A stretch of 64,000 nt of DNA from Magnetococcales bacterium (GCA_015231305.1 JADGBW010000001.1:46190-110189); one strand, 5' to 3'. Shown: positions 1 through 10,816, counted from the stretch's first letter. Numbers and translations: made by a program. Notes: generated by a model not told the origin, from the sequence alone.

Positions 1-227
1 CATTGGGGAATAAATACCGCTACATCAGGGTTTATGGATCTTATTTTAGCCTCAAGATTAATATCTGTAGGTTGTGGTAAAAGATTTAAATCAATACCTG
101 TTACAACATGCCCAGATAACTTTAGAGCAGTGGCGACACTTGCTGGTTCTACCGGAAATATTGTCCAACGAGAGGGGGAATTATTGATACTATTATATAC
201 TTTGGGAACAATAACCACCACTTCCAT
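1..227 (-). CDS. Partial CDS (5' end only, runs off left edge); N-terminus resembles the B12-binding part of B12/radical SAM proteins
   Basis: Reverse translation from ATG (227-225, AAGGAAA upstream) reads MEVVVIVPKVYNSINNSPSRWTIFPVEPASVATALKLSGHVVTGIDLNLLPQPTDINLEAKIRSINPDVAVFIPQ with no stop to position 1. The pattern (..A..L...GH.V..IDLN....PDV..) resembles the N-termini of the ORFs at 4402 and 7144. It is absent from the ORF track because it is truncated. Confidence 0.4.
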   Translation of the reverse strand, partial: MEVVVIVPKVYNSINNSPSRWTIFPVEPASVATALKLSGHVVTGIDLNLLPQPTDINLEAKIRSINPDVAVFIPQ

Positions 228-695
228 AGATGTTTCCTTAATTTCAGTTCATATATATACTGAAGTTCAGCTACAAACTGCTTGTATATAGGATAAATGG
301 CTATCCCATTAGGTTAGTTTTTGTCTTTTTTAAGTGTAACACAAACAGAATAATCAATATATAAGACATAAGCTAATTAATAGAACCAAACCAATTTTGA
401 AAACCATATTTTTTTCAATATTTTCAAATATTTGCAAATAAATATTATTGTTTGGTTTAATTATCATCACTCACATTGTTCTGCTTTAAATGGCATGTAT
501 ATTGCTTTTATTCTTATATAGTTAATTATAGAAACATAGTATTAAGTAGCTTTACTGTTTGGTTTAAATAGTATTTTTACAACAACACCTATATAAAAAT
601 AATATTTTTCTCAAATTTTATAACAGGAAAAATTTACCATTATTTTAGATTGGTAAAGTATCAGTTAAGAATGAAAATTGTTCTTAGGAGTCGCA

Positions 696-2729
696 ATGGC
701 CTTACAGCAAAAACAGAATTCTGCTGAAATTAATTCTACAGCTGCAACAAACAAAGAAACTGTTGATAGAGACCAGGATAACAGCGAAACTTTAATTGCT
801 AAAGCTATGCAATATCATCAAAACAATGATCTTGTCAAAGCAGCAAATATGTACGACCAAGCTCTGCTTAAAGATCCAAGAAATATTAAACTGTTGTATT
901 TAAGGGGAATGCTCTGTTTAGATTTAGAGGATCATCAAAAAGGAGTGGATCTATTAAGCCTAGCAGTTTCTTTAAACCCTACCGACCAAATGTTAAATGA
1001 AAGCCTTGCAAATGCTCATTGGGCTAATAACAACCTGCTACAAGCCCTAAATTGTTTTAATAAAATTCTTACCTTTAACCCAACTTCTACAAAAACCTTG
1101 TATAACAAGGGGTGCGTACTGCTAGAACAAGAAGATTACGAGAATGCTAAAACCTGTCTAGAAGAAGCCTTGAAACTTGACTCTACATTTTATCTAGCTT
1201 ATGAAAAACTTTCTAAAACTCATGCAAAATGCAACGAAAGATATTTTGAAAAATTTTATTTAAAATTACAAAATCACTATGACCCCCAAGTTGTTGAAGA
1301 TGATTTTCTTACCTCTTATGATCTGTTATTTCTTGATGCAAAGTTGGCGTTAAAAACTGCTCGTGAAAAAAACCAAATCAAACAGACCATATATATAAAA
1401 TCTACACAAGTTTGTTATTATACAGGAAATAAAATTAGTGACCCTCCTAAAAATCTTATATGGGTTCCAGTACAAGAAATGTTCGATTATTTCCATAGGA
1501 CCAGATACCGCTTACCATCAGCAATTGAGTTTAACCCAGAAAGTGAAGAACAGACGTTAACTGCCAAGACTTTTACTAAACTGCTTGAAAATATATATCT
1601 GTCTAAAAACAAGGTTTCTACAGAGTTTTTTTATGTAAATAAAAATAGAAAACCAGATTTTAACCCTGAAGAACGTCTCCGTTTTTTTCTTTATGCCTCA
1701 CGCAATACAGTTGTTATGCAATATTGCTCACGCAACATTGCCAAAGCATTAGAAAACAACGGCTGTGAGGTAAACTTTTTAATTGAAGAGAGTGACTTAG
1801 AAGATATAACTACCTTAAAATTACTTACCACACATTTTGAATTTAATCCACATGCTGTAATTAACATTAACCATATTGATAATCAATGGTTGCACCCTGA
1901 TGTTTATAACATCGTATGGTGGCAGGATTATATGAATGGAATGGAGGAAAAAAAGGAAAATAAGTGGCGTGAACGAGATATTGTGTTAACAGCTGACCCA
2001 GCCCTTATTCCATATTTAGAAATGTCTGGTGCAAAGGATATTAAACGTCAGGAATTTTGTGTTGATACAACAATTTTTCAAAACACTACCCCAATATCCC
2101 AACGCCGTAAAGCAGTTTTTATAGGTAACAACTATATAATCCGTCTAGAAAAAAGGTCAGGTGAAGATATAGCTCTATCGATGTTACAAGATATGCTAGA
2201 TAAAGGAGAACCATACACTAAGGATTATCTTAATTTTGTAGCAAAAAAAAGTGGCTTACCTATTGAATATATTTTTGACCTTGGGCCTCTACTTACACAT
2301 GTTGTACGTGAAACTTCTGTTAAGTGGTTATGTGAATTAGCACCAAAACTTGATCTTGAAGTTGAAATATATGGACGAGGATGGGATGATCATCCTGTTA
2401 TCAGCCCATATTTTAAAGGTGAGGTAGAGCACGGACCTAAAGTTGCTGCACTCTATAATCAGGCCAAATATGCTCTCTCATCTAGTCCATACGTTGTCGA
2501 TAGCCAAAGGCTTTCAGAAATAGCCGCTTGCGGTGTAATACCTGTTATGTATGATGCTCGACCTTTTGCACAAAAACCCCACTGGGATGATGAATGTCTG
2601 TGGTTTCACTCCAAAGAAGAGTTTATTGACTGTTTTAATAACACAACAAAAAATGACCCAGCAATAATTGCACAGACAAACTCATACGATGCATTTGCAA
2701 AACGTATTATCAAATGGATAAAACCATGA
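696..2729 (+). CDS. TPR-repeat protein with C-terminal CgeB-like (Glyco_trans_1_2-like) putative glycosyltransferase domain
   Basis: The ORF track starts at TTG 678. ATG 696 is preceded by AGGAG and is the more likely start. The N-terminal ~190 aa are TPR-like (AMQYHQNNDLVKAANMYDQALLKDPRN...). The C-terminus (IYGRGWDDHP...ALYNQAKYALSSSP...SQRLSEIAACGVIPV) matches the G.GW / lY..a...L / R..E..A.G pattern of CgeB-type transferases. Confidence 0.55.
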   Translation: MALQQKQNSAEINSTAATNKETVDRDQDNSETLIAKAMQYHQNNDLVKAANMYDQALLKDPRNIKLLYLRGMLCLDLEDHQKGVDLLSLAVSLNPTDQMLNESLANAHWANNNLLQALNCFNKILTFNPTSTKTLYNKGCVLLEQEDYENAKTCLEEALKLDSTFYLAYEKLSKTHAKCNERYFEKFYLKLQNHYDPQVVEDDFLTSYDLLFLDAKLALKTAREKNQIKQTIYIKSTQVCYYTGNKISDPPKNLIWVPVQEMFDYFHRTRYRLPSAIEFNPESEEQTLTAKTFTKLLENIYLSKNKVSTEFFYVNKNRKPDFNPEERLRFFLYASRNTVVMQYCSRNIAKALENNGCEVNFLIEESDLEDITTLKLLTTHFEFNPHAVININHIDNQWLHPDVYNIVWWQDYMNGMEEKKENKWRERDIVLTADPALIPYLEMSGAKDIKRQEFCVDTTIFQNTTPISQRRKAVFIGNNYIIRLEKRSGEDIALSMLQDMLDKGEPYTKDYLNFVAKKSGLPIEYIFDLGPLLTHVVRETSVKWLCELAPKLDLEVEIYGRGWDDHPVISPYFKGEVEHGPKVAALYNQAKYALSSSPYVVDSQRLSEIAACGVIPVMYDARPFAQKPHWDDECLWFHSKEEFIDCFNNTTKNDPAIIAQTNSYDAFAKRIIKWIKP

Positions 2730-2874
2730 ACTTAAATGAAAACACTATAAAACACTCACCTTCTTATATTTTTTTAATTAAACAAAACAAGGTTTTGCAC
2801 CCTTCTAATGTGTGTTATCTTTTAATTAATAAATATTACCAATTAGCATTAAAAGACAGAGAGCTTTAAAGACA

Positions 2875-3360
2875 ATGTCTGCAACTAACTTTGCTAAGCA
2901 GCCATTTGCACTGCTTGATAAAACCCTTATTTCACATCTTAAAAAAGAAGCTATAAAAGCAGATCTTGGACGCTCCAGAATATGCTTACACACAACACAT
3001 GATGATCCAATTCAAGAGATGATTATTGTACATACTGGACGTTCCTTAGACAGACCTCATCGACATCATGGTAAGAGCATCTCCATTATGGTATTAGAGG
3101 GTGTTATGCGCATACCGATTTTTGATGACTACGGCACAGTAAAAAACTGTTTTGAGTTATCCACAATATCCTCTGGTGCTCCTTTTGTAACTCGGCTATC
3201 ACATGGTGAATGGTATGCTTGTGTACCAATTAGTGATCCTGTAGTTATTTTTGAATCCTTAGGAGGGCCATTTAGCAAAGGCAGCAATTTTTATCCTAGT
3301 TGGGCTCCAGAAGGTGGAGAAGAACTTGCAAAATTTCTACAACGCTCTGTAGCAATTTAG
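2875..3360 (+). CDS. WbuC-family cupin-fold protein (O-antigen-cluster associated)
   Basis: RSRICLHTTHDDPIQEMIIVHTGRSLDRPHRHHGKSISIMVLEG fits my recollection of the WbuC cupin signature (R.C.H...d...eM.i......PHrH....es...l.G). Size and sugar-cluster context also fit. Confidence 0.55.
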   Translation: MSATNFAKQPFALLDKTLISHLKKEAIKADLGRSRICLHTTHDDPIQEMIIVHTGRSLDRPHRHHGKSISIMVLEGVMRIPIFDDYGTVKNCFELSTISSGAPFVTRLSHGEWYACVPISDPVVIFESLGGPFSKGSNFYPSWAPEGGEELAKFLQRSVAI

Positions 3361-3403
3361 CTGTATAACTATATAGAAAAAGTACATTAAAACGGATTTT
3401 AAA

Positions 3404-4405
3404 ATGTTAAAAACTACAGTGTCAAATGACAAAGTGACTAAAGGGTTTGTCATTGGCAAACAGGCTGAAGAATTTATAGAATCGTATTTAGATTTTCCTA
3501 TTCCTCTTTTGTTAAAGTTTCCTAAATATTTTACATTAGAACCAATAAACCGCTGTAACGCAAAATGTATAATGTGTGGAATTGATTTTGACTCAAAAAC
3601 AAAAGCGGTGATGAGCCAGTCTCTTTTAGAAAAAATTGCTAAAGAGATGGCAGTACATAAAAACCACATTGAAAAAGTCATCATTGCGCTTGATGGTGAA
3701 CCACTAATGGACAAGTCACTACACAACAAAGTAAGGCACTTAAAAGATGTTGGGTTAAAGTTAGTAAATGTAACTACAAATGCCAGCATGCTTTCCAAAA
3801 AACGAGCAACACAGCTAATTGAAGCAGGATTAGATGAAATTTATATTACAATAGACTCACTAAAAAAACCGGTCTACGAAGCTATACGTATAGGTCTAAA
3901 TTTTGATGAAGTTTATAACAACACCTGCTCGTTTATAAAACTACGAAATAAGTTAAACCCTAACCTTAAAATCCGGGTATTAATGGTGCAACAAGAGTTA
4001 AATTTTAACGAGCCGGATGAGTTTGAAAAACATTGGCGCGCTCTTTTAGCAAGCCATGATCAAGTGGCTATACAAAAAGCACACAACTGGGCTAGTACCG
4101 CAGATGTTGTACAGTTTGGTGATGAGCCAGATATTAACAAGATACCATGTATATCTCTGTGGGGCACACTAGGCATTCATGCTGATGGTCGGGTTGGTAT
4201 ATGCTGTATGGACACAAAATGCGTATATCCTCTTGGCGACCTAAACCACAACACAATAGAAGAGATATGGTCATCAAAGGCAATGAATGATGCGCGAGAG
4301 TTACATTTAAACGGTCATCGTGCTAACATTCCTCTATGTGATGGCTGTACAGTGTGGCGTGCTGATAAACGGAAACTTTCAGGAAATATTGGAACCTCAA
4401 AATGA
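3404..4405 (+). CDS. Radical SAM enzyme with C-terminal SPASM-like Cys cluster
   Basis: CNAKCIMCG gives the CxxxCxxC motif near the N-terminus. A GEPL motif is present. The C-terminal cysteines are CISLWG...GICCMD...CDGC. The stop overlaps the next start (ATGA at 4402-4405). Confidence 0.8.
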   Translation: MLKTTVSNDKVTKGFVIGKQAEEFIESYLDFPIPLLLKFPKYFTLEPINRCNAKCIMCGIDFDSKTKAVMSQSLLEKIAKEMAVHKNHIEKVIIALDGEPLMDKSLHNKVRHLKDVGLKLVNVTTNASMLSKKRATQLIEAGLDEIYITIDSLKKPVYEAIRIGLNFDEVYNNTCSFIKLRNKLNPNLKIRVLMVQQELNFNEPDEFEKHWRALLASHDQVAIQKAHNWASTADVVQFGDEPDINKIPCISLWGTLGIHADGRVGICCMDTKCVYPLGDLNHNTIEEIWSSKAMNDARELHLNGHRANIPLCDGCTVWRADKRKLSGNIGTSK

Positions 4406-6282
4406 ACCTCCCTATAACTACCTCCTCCCCTGATATTAAATATGATAACAGCTCTTTACACACGCTGTGTGACTATTTAAATAAGCAATATTCTATATCT
4501 CCAAAACTACTTTTGGTGCAGACTCCTCAAATAGACTTTAAAACTTTTGATCCAAATATTGCCAAAAAAAAAGGATACTATAATTATCCGCCAACAGGTT
4601 TGCAGTATCTATATGAATCTATAAAAGATCTTGGTATTGAAGTACGCATTCTCAACCTAAACCTAGAAATTTTACGCCGTTGCCATGAGTCACCACACTT
4701 TGATCATTCGCAATGGATGGATATCTTAACTACTGAATTAGAAAGTTACCAACCTTCAATTGTAGGTGTCTCTTGCATGTTTGATGTGGGTATAGATGCC
4801 ATGTTAGATATTTTTAAATTATTAAAAAAAGAGAATAATAGAATAGTTATAGCTGGTGGCTTAATTCCTACCCATGAGTGGCAAACCCTTTTAAAGCGAA
4901 AACTGTGTCACTTTGTGGTTGAAGGTGAAGGTGAAAACAAACTACCGTTTTTACTATCCAACTTGTTTAATTGGCAAACTGAAAAAGAGGTTCCTGGAGT
5001 TCATTTTAATTTGGGGGATATACCAGGCGAAAGCCAGGGGCCGAAAGATGTTGTAGAGTTTGATTTTGACTTAATTGAAAGTTACTCACAAATATCAGTT
5101 GAGGAACATTATAAATATGGATCACTAAATCCGTTTGGACGTATGGCAGGTATTGATGACGCACCTTTTAGTGCTATCCAGTTGCACCGCGGATGCCGTG
5201 CTGTTTGCACATTTTGCTCAGTTCACGGCTTAATGGGCAAAGGAGTTAGGCGACGTAAAGTAGCAACAGTTATAGATGAGATGGCTTTTTTAATAGAAAA
5301 AAAGGGTGTTAAACATTTTGAATGGCTAGATGATGATCTGCTTTTTTATAAAAAAGAGTTTCAAGCTTTATTACAAATAATCATTGATAAAAAATGGAAT
5401 ATCACGTGGTCAGCCAATAACGGTCTTATTGTTGCTGCCATTGATGAAAAAACCATGGCACTCATCAAAGATTCCGGATGTATTGGTATAAAGCTCGGTT
5501 TTGAAAGCGGCAACCAAGAGATGCTGCGTAATGTGCAAAAGCCTGGCGGCACACTGGAAAAATACAATAAAGCCTGCAAAATATTAAGCCGCTATCCAGA
5601 AGTATTTACTGGTGCAAATATAATAGTTGGTTTTCCTGATGAATATTTTTTTCAGATGATGGATAGCTTTCTTTTTTATCTGCAAAGCGGTACAGACTGG
5701 GGGGCTTTTAATACCTGTCAAACAGTTCGTGGGGCATCTGCTTTTTCTGATTTTGGTAGCTATTTTGATGCTCAAATGGAAGGTGGAGGCACAAATGTAA
5801 AAAACTTCAATCCTGCTAGACGTGAAGTAAGTGGAGAGGTTGATCTTAAGGTTACAATTCTTAGTGGCTATGATATTTTTAGCATTGACCCAAAAAGTCA
5901 GCCAAGTGAAGAGCAGATCCAAGAGATATGGTTCACTTTTAACCTTTTGGGTAATTTTATTTTTAATAAAAACCTAAAAGCTAATGGTCGAGTTCAAAAT
6001 TTTATTGGTTGGGTTGAAATGGCGCAGATTCCATACCAAACAAATCCGTACATGGCTCTTTTCCTGGGTTTAGCACATCAAATTGCAGAGCGACCAAAAA
6101 TAGCTTTAGAATATTTAGGAAAAACTCGCGAAGTACTTGCAAAAAATCGTTATTGGCAAGGTAGATTTGCAGCATTCGATCTTAACTGGGTAGTGAATGA
6201 TTTCCCCCAAAATCGAGAGGCAACTTTCTTGGTTATGTCTGAGTTACGCCGTAGGGCCGAAAGTTATTTTTCAACGGTATAA
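4402..6282 (+). CDS. B12-binding-domain radical SAM enzyme
   Basis: The N-terminal B12-binding-like region reads PPTGLQYLYESIKDLGIEVRILNLN...PSIVGVSCM. It is followed by HRGCRAVCTFCSV (CxxxCxxC). It is translationally coupled to the upstream SPASM enzyme. Confidence 0.8.
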   Translation: MNLPITTSSPDIKYDNSSLHTLCDYLNKQYSISPKLLLVQTPQIDFKTFDPNIAKKKGYYNYPPTGLQYLYESIKDLGIEVRILNLNLEILRRCHESPHFDHSQWMDILTTELESYQPSIVGVSCMFDVGIDAMLDIFKLLKKENNRIVIAGGLIPTHEWQTLLKRKLCHFVVEGEGENKLPFLLSNLFNWQTEKEVPGVHFNLGDIPGESQGPKDVVEFDFDLIESYSQISVEEHYKYGSLNPFGRMAGIDDAPFSAIQLHRGCRAVCTFCSVHGLMGKGVRRRKVATVIDEMAFLIEKKGVKHFEWLDDDLLFYKKEFQALLQIIIDKKWNITWSANNGLIVAAIDEKTMALIKDSGCIGIKLGFESGNQEMLRNVQKPGGTLEKYNKACKILSRYPEVFTGANIIVGFPDEYFFQMMDSFLFYLQSGTDWGAFNTCQTVRGASAFSDFGSYFDAQMEGGGTNVKNFNPARREVSGEVDLKVTILSGYDIFSIDPKSQPSEEQIQEIWFTFNLLGNFIFNKNLKANGRVQNFIGWVEMAQIPYQTNPYMALFLGLAHQIAERPKIALEYLGKTREVLAKNRYWQGRFAAFDLNWVVNDFPQNREATFLVMSELRRRAESYFSTV

Positions 6283-6289
6283 ATAAAGC

Positions 6290-7021
6290 CTATTTTATAG
6301 AAAACAGTAGATTCATAGTGGAGTCTAAGCGATATTTTTTTGGCATATTGTCCATATTATAAAAACCTTTTTTACCCTGTATATATTGAATAAAACGAGA
6401 TTTATATACTAAGTCATAGCCCAATTTATCATCAATAAAAGACACTAACTCGTTAATATTTAAACAGCGGAAGGGAATTTTTGCATCGTAATAGTTCTCT
6501 ACACTAATAAATGTTGGAACATCACCAATTAAACTGTCGGAAAAAAGAATGTGAGGAGCTTTAAAAGTAGCTAGCTGGCTAAGTAAACCTTGCCAATCAT
6601 CAATATAACGCAAAACACTGCCAAGGTGAATAATATCAACTCTCTCTAAACTTTTAGGTATGGAGTCATGAAAAAATATACGCTTATCCCCTCCATGGCA
6701 CTCTTTTCCAACTTTACATGCAGCAGCATTATCTACCACATGAAATTCAATTTTTATATTATCTGGTAGAGTAGCTGCAACCATGGGAAAACGATCTCCC
6801 AATCCACCACCAAAATCAAGTATCACCACTTTGTTATCACGCTTGCTTGTAGCAGCCAAAAAAGCTAAGGAGTACTCCTCACTAACGGCACCTTGTTCAT
6901 AAGCTTTTTGTACATGACCTTTAGTTTTTTGCAACCATTGCTCACTCTCAAAAACAGCATCTGATCCAGCTTTTGTTTCAGCAAAGGAGTTATATATACC
7001 ACTGAACACTTGAAATGACAT
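6290..7021 (-). CDS. SAM-dependent methyltransferase (resembles the LIC12133/TIGR04325-type O-antigen-cluster family)
   Basis: ILDFGGGLGD is a glycine-rich SAM-binding motif. The N-terminus MSFQVFSGIYNSFAE fits the family. The track start is TTG 7066; ATG 7021 with an upstream GGGAAG is the more likely start. Confidence 0.6.
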   Translation of the reverse strand: MSFQVFSGIYNSFAETKAGSDAVFESEQWLQKTKGHVQKAYEQGAVSEEYSLAFLAATSKRDNKVVILDFGGGLGDRFPMVAATLPDNIKIEFHVVDNAAACKVGKECHGGDKRIFFHDSIPKSLERVDIIHLGSVLRYIDDWQGLLSQLATFKAPHILFSDSLIGDVPTFISVENYYDAKIPFRCLNINELVSFIDDKLGYDLVYKSRFIQYIQGKKGFYNMDNMPKKYRLDSTMNLLFSIK

Positions 7022-7143
7022 TTTGCTTGCTTCCCTATTTTCAACTAGTATTCGACAGTTTTGCAAAAATTGCAGTTTACTGCTAGAATATTAGTAATTT
7101 AAGCTATCTTTTTAATTGAGTAAAATTAGGATTTTGAATTGTT

Positions 7144-8967
7144 TTGAAAATAAAGTCAAAAAACATTGTTGAATATCGGCAATTATATGTACACATCGCT
7201 ACATCAGCCCCAAGAAGCAGCCGTGGCCTAAAAGTTTTATCACCTGCTCCTTATGTTCTAAAATCTTATGTTAACTGGCGACTGCCAACAGATATAAAAG
7301 CAAAAATAAAAATTGATGTAACTATTTTTGACCCTGATGACTCACCAGAGTTAATGGCAACAAAATTACTTGCAGACACACCAGATATTATTGCTTTTTC
7401 TCTATATGTTTGGAACCATCAAGAGACTCTTAAGTGCGCTAAATTAATAAAAAAGAGTCACCCTGAAATCACCATTATCCTTGGCGGCCCCCAAGCTTCT
7501 CCTATAGCTGAGGAATTACTTTCAACAAACTCATTTATCGATATAATTCCTTTTATTACATCTCCTGGTGAGACAATTTTCTACCACTTAATTTCAGCAG
7601 CCATAAACCAAAAACCCCTAACAGATGTAGCGGGGTTAATGTTACGCCTTAAAGACGGCACAGTTGTAAAAACTGCTGAGAAAATTGAACCTTTGGATTT
7701 TAATACCGCGCCATCACCATTTTTAGATGGAACAATCTCCTTTGACGATGACTGTGAATATTTAGCAGTACTGGAGACATCAAGAGGCTGCCCATTTGAT
7801 TGTGGTTACTGTTTTTGGGGTTCAGGTGGCAAGGATATGAACTACTATCCGCAAAAGCGAGTAGAACAAGAGATCGATATTATCTACAGTGAACAACAGA
7901 TAAAACATGTCTACTTTGCTGATGCTGACATATTAATTAGAAAAAATCGCGCAGAATGGATGGTTGACCGCCTACTTAAAAAAGGCAGTGGAACTGGGGT
8001 AAGTTTTGAGCTAGACGCCAGGAATATTACCAAGCCAAAACGAGGGGTGGTTGAAAAACTTGCCAAGCTACCAGATTTTCAATTTGTATTTGCAATTCAA
8101 ACTACAAACCCCGATGCCCTTGAGGCTATAGGTGTCACCCGACCCAGCCCTGAAATTTTTAAAGATAGACTTGAAACACTACGTAGCTGGATTGAAAATG
8201 TAAGTGCTGTGGTTGATATTATGCTCCCCTTACCACAGGACACATTTCAAGGGTTCCGTAAAACCCTAAACGATGTACTAGCTTTAACCCCAACCAGGCT
8301 AGTTTTAAACTATCCGGTATATCTTCTACCTGGTACTCGTTTTTATAATGAAAGAGAGCAACTTGGCCTTATATATCGTAAAGATCCACCTCATCCGGTA
8401 GTGGAAACAATAAATTTTCCTAAAGCTTACGTAAACAGCGCTCTTTTACTTGGTATATGGTGCGAAATTATCACTTACTATCACCCTGCTGCCGGAATAT
8501 TTTTTCATGACCTAACAAAAAATGAACCTAAAACAAAACCCATTGATCGTATGGAAGCCTGGATTAGAGCCATAGAAAAAAAACTACCTTTAATGGAATA
8601 TTGCGACAATCTGGTAGATTTTGCAGTAATATCGGTTGAGAACCTAAATGCCGCAAAAGGGGCCTTATTAAAACGAGCATGTGAACCAAAAAGTGGTTTG
8701 TTGATTTACACAACAATACTAGAAATTGAAACTGGTAGGTTTTCAAACTATACAAAGCCCATACAAGTTGCTGTTTATGTATATAAAAGTGCTGTTGAGT
8801 CTGGCATCACTTGGCTGGATAAGGAAACAATGGAGGCTCTTTTTCCTAAAAGTTATGGAGATTTGGCTTTTAAAAATATACCACCTCGTTTTAAGCCATA
8901 TGAAGATACCGTTGAGGTACAAAAACAAGCTATAAAAACTCTACAAGAGTCAATGCATAGCAACTAA
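7144..8967 (+). CDS. B12-binding-domain radical SAM enzyme
   Basis: The B12-binding-like N-terminus reads ...LLADTPDIIAFSLYVWN...IILGGPQAS. It is followed by TSRGCPFDCGYCFW (CxxxCxxC). The TTG start is uncertain. Confidence 0.75.
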   Translation: MKIKSKNIVEYRQLYVHIATSAPRSSRGLKVLSPAPYVLKSYVNWRLPTDIKAKIKIDVTIFDPDDSPELMATKLLADTPDIIAFSLYVWNHQETLKCAKLIKKSHPEITIILGGPQASPIAEELLSTNSFIDIIPFITSPGETIFYHLISAAINQKPLTDVAGLMLRLKDGTVVKTAEKIEPLDFNTAPSPFLDGTISFDDDCEYLAVLETSRGCPFDCGYCFWGSGGKDMNYYPQKRVEQEIDIIYSEQQIKHVYFADADILIRKNRAEWMVDRLLKKGSGTGVSFELDARNITKPKRGVVEKLAKLPDFQFVFAIQTTNPDALEAIGVTRPSPEIFKDRLETLRSWIENVSAVVDIMLPLPQDTFQGFRKTLNDVLALTPTRLVLNYPVYLLPGTRFYNEREQLGLIYRKDPPHPVVETINFPKAYVNSALLLGIWCEIITYYHPAAGIFFHDLTKNEPKTKPIDRMEAWIRAIEKKLPLMEYCDNLVDFAVISVENLNAAKGALLKRACEPKSGLLIYTTILEIETGRFSNYTKPIQVAVYVYKSAVESGITWLDKETMEALFPKSYGDLAFKNIPPRFKPYEDTVEVQKQAIKTLQESMHSN

Positions 8968-9133
8968 AATTTGCTATGTATTATATTCAAATAGCTATTG
9001 TTGCAACCTAGAGTCTTAACACCTTGTTTTATTCCTCTATTTTTACACTTGCAACCTTGACAATAAACCATCACTCAGTTAACAATTAAGGGCTATCTTT
9101 CTTTAATTAAACTTAAACCTTTAAGAATACTTA

Positions 9134-10816
9134 ATGCGCATTGGCCTTGATTTTGACAATACCCTGGCAGTCTACGATAAACTATTTATTGAGACAGCTA
9201 TGGAAAAAGGATTTATTCCAGAAAACACTACCATAACAACAACTGGTGGTGGTAAAGATATTGTCCGAGGTATGGTTCGCAGCCTTCCTGATGGTGAAGA
9301 TAAGTGGCAGACACTACAAGCTGAAGTATACGGCCCACGTATGTCAAAAGCAGTTTTAATGGATGGTGTCACACTATTTTTAAATGAGGCAGTACGCCAA
9401 AAGGCAGAGCTTTTTATAGTCAGCCATAAAACACAATTTGCTGTTTTTGATCATGAAAAAAAATATGACCTAAGAAAGACAGCACTTGCCTGGATGACTG
9501 AAAAAAAGTTTTTTGCAAAAGATGGTTTTGCCATTCCTAGGCAAAACGTTTTTTTTACCCATACACGTAGTGAAAAAGTAAACCAAATAGCAAAGTTAAA
9601 CTGCGACTATTTTATTGATGACCTACCAGAAGTATTTGCAGACCCTGGTTTTCTTGCTAAAATAGTACAAATTTTAATAGATCCACTTGGAAATGCCGAC
9701 ACCAATGGACCATTTCAACCTTTTTGTGGTTGGGCTGCAATTAACCAAGAAGTATTTGGTGTTCCCATAGTTAAGAGTAATTCTGTTAGTGTTAAGACCG
9801 ATTATGAAGTACTTAGAATTGCAGAAAAACTTACAGGTAATAAAGTAAAATCTTTAGAAACACCGATAAAAGGTGGTAACAACCGTCTTTTTAAAGTGGT
9901 TACAGAAAAAGAAAATTTTGCTCTGAAGTTTTATCTTCACTTACCTGAAGACCCTAGAGATAGACAGGGCACAGAAACCCGCGCACTTTCATTTTTAAAC
10001 AGCCAATCTGTTACTCAGGTTCCCCTTTTATATACCACTGATAAAGAAAACAGATGTTCTATTATGGAGTGGATAGATGGTAGTGCTATTACCACCCCAA
10101 CCACCCCTGACATAGATGCAGTTTTGGCTCTTATAAAGCAACTCCATAAACTAGGAGAAAAACCAGAAGCCATGGGCCTGCCCTTAGCGTCCGCTGCTTG
10201 TCTATCTGGAGCCGCCCTTGAGAGCCAAATAAGCGAGCGCATGTTAAGGCTGGCAATTAATCAAGATAAACACCCAGATCTTGAGCTTTTTATAATTAAC
10301 GATTTTACCCCATTTTTAAACCAAACCATAACCAGTATTAAATCCGCTTTCCAAAACAAGCAATTAGACTTTAACGCTGAAACACAAGTTAAATACAGGG
10401 TTTTAAGCCCATCAGACTTAAGCTTTCCCAACACTCTTCGGCGAATGAATGGTGATGTGGTTTTTCTTGACTTTGAATATTTTGGTTGGGATGACCCTGT
10501 TAAACTAGCATCTGATTTTCTTCTTCACCCCGGCATGCAGATTGCCGATAAAGATAAGGAGAGGTTTATTTGCGAGATAACAAAATTGTTTGATGCAGAC
10601 ACATCATTCAAATTCCGCTTGCAACAACTTTTCCCTCTATTTGGTTTGTGCTGGTGTTTAATTATACTAAATGTATTTCTACCAGAAGGATGGCGAAGAA
10701 GATCTTTTGCTGCCAACCCTGAGGAGAAACAAATTGCCCTTGACAGGCAGCTAGAAAAAGCTCGTAACCTACTTTTATCTCTGCAAAAAAATGGCAGCGG
10801 AATAAAATATGCTTGA
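9134..10816 (+). CDS. Fusion protein: N-terminal HAD-like hydrolase and C-terminal choline/aminoglycoside-kinase-fold phosphotransferase
   Basis: The N-terminus has GLDFDNTLA (HAD DxDxT motif). The C-terminus has SPSDLSFPNTL (catalytic-loop D....N) and FLDFEYFGWDDPVKLASDF (the iDfEy...dp..D motif of choline-kinase-like enzymes). Confidence 0.6.
   Translation: MRIGLDFDNTLAVYDKLFIETAMEKGFIPENTTITTTGGGKDIVRGMVRSLPDGEDKWQTLQAEVYGPRMSKAVLMDGVTLFLNEAVRQKAELFIVSHKTQFAVFDHEKKYDLRKTALAWMTEKKFFAKDGFAIPRQNVFFTHTRSEKVNQIAKLNCDYFIDDLPEVFADPGFLAKIVQILIDPLGNADTNGPFQPFCGWAAINQEVFGVPIVKSNSVSVKTDYEVLRIAEKLTGNKVKSLETPIKGGNNRLFKVVTEKENFALKFYLHLPEDPRDRQGTETRALSFLNSQSVTQVPLLYTTDKENRCSIMEWIDGSAITTPTTPDIDAVLALIKQLHKLGEKPEAMGLPLASAACLSGAALESQISERMLRLAINQDKHPDLELFIINDFTPFLNQTITSIKSAFQNKQLDFNAETQVKYRVLSPSDLSFPNTLRRMNGDVVFLDFEYFGWDDPVKLASDFLLHPGMQIADKDKERFICEITKLFDADTSFKFRLQQLFPLFGLCWCLIILNVFLPEGWRRRSFAANPEEKQIALDRQLEKARNLLLSLQKNGSGIKYA

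Noticed and set aside
34-291. An 85-aa plus-strand ORF at the left edge
   Set aside because: It lies antisense to a better-supported minus-strand partial gene (1-227) that has an RBS and a domain-like sequence. Its own translation is low-complexity with no recognisable motif.
3337-3798. Many 60-150-aa ORFs nested antisense or out of frame inside long genes (for example 3337-3798, 5361-5922, 8564-8935, 12056-12438, 14887-15211, 17772-18255, 24103-25284, 36865-37227, 47797-48204, 49405-49755, 54222-55307)
   Set aside because: All overlap strongly supported domain-bearing CDSs on the other strand or frame. They lack RBSs and motifs and are typical shadow ORFs.
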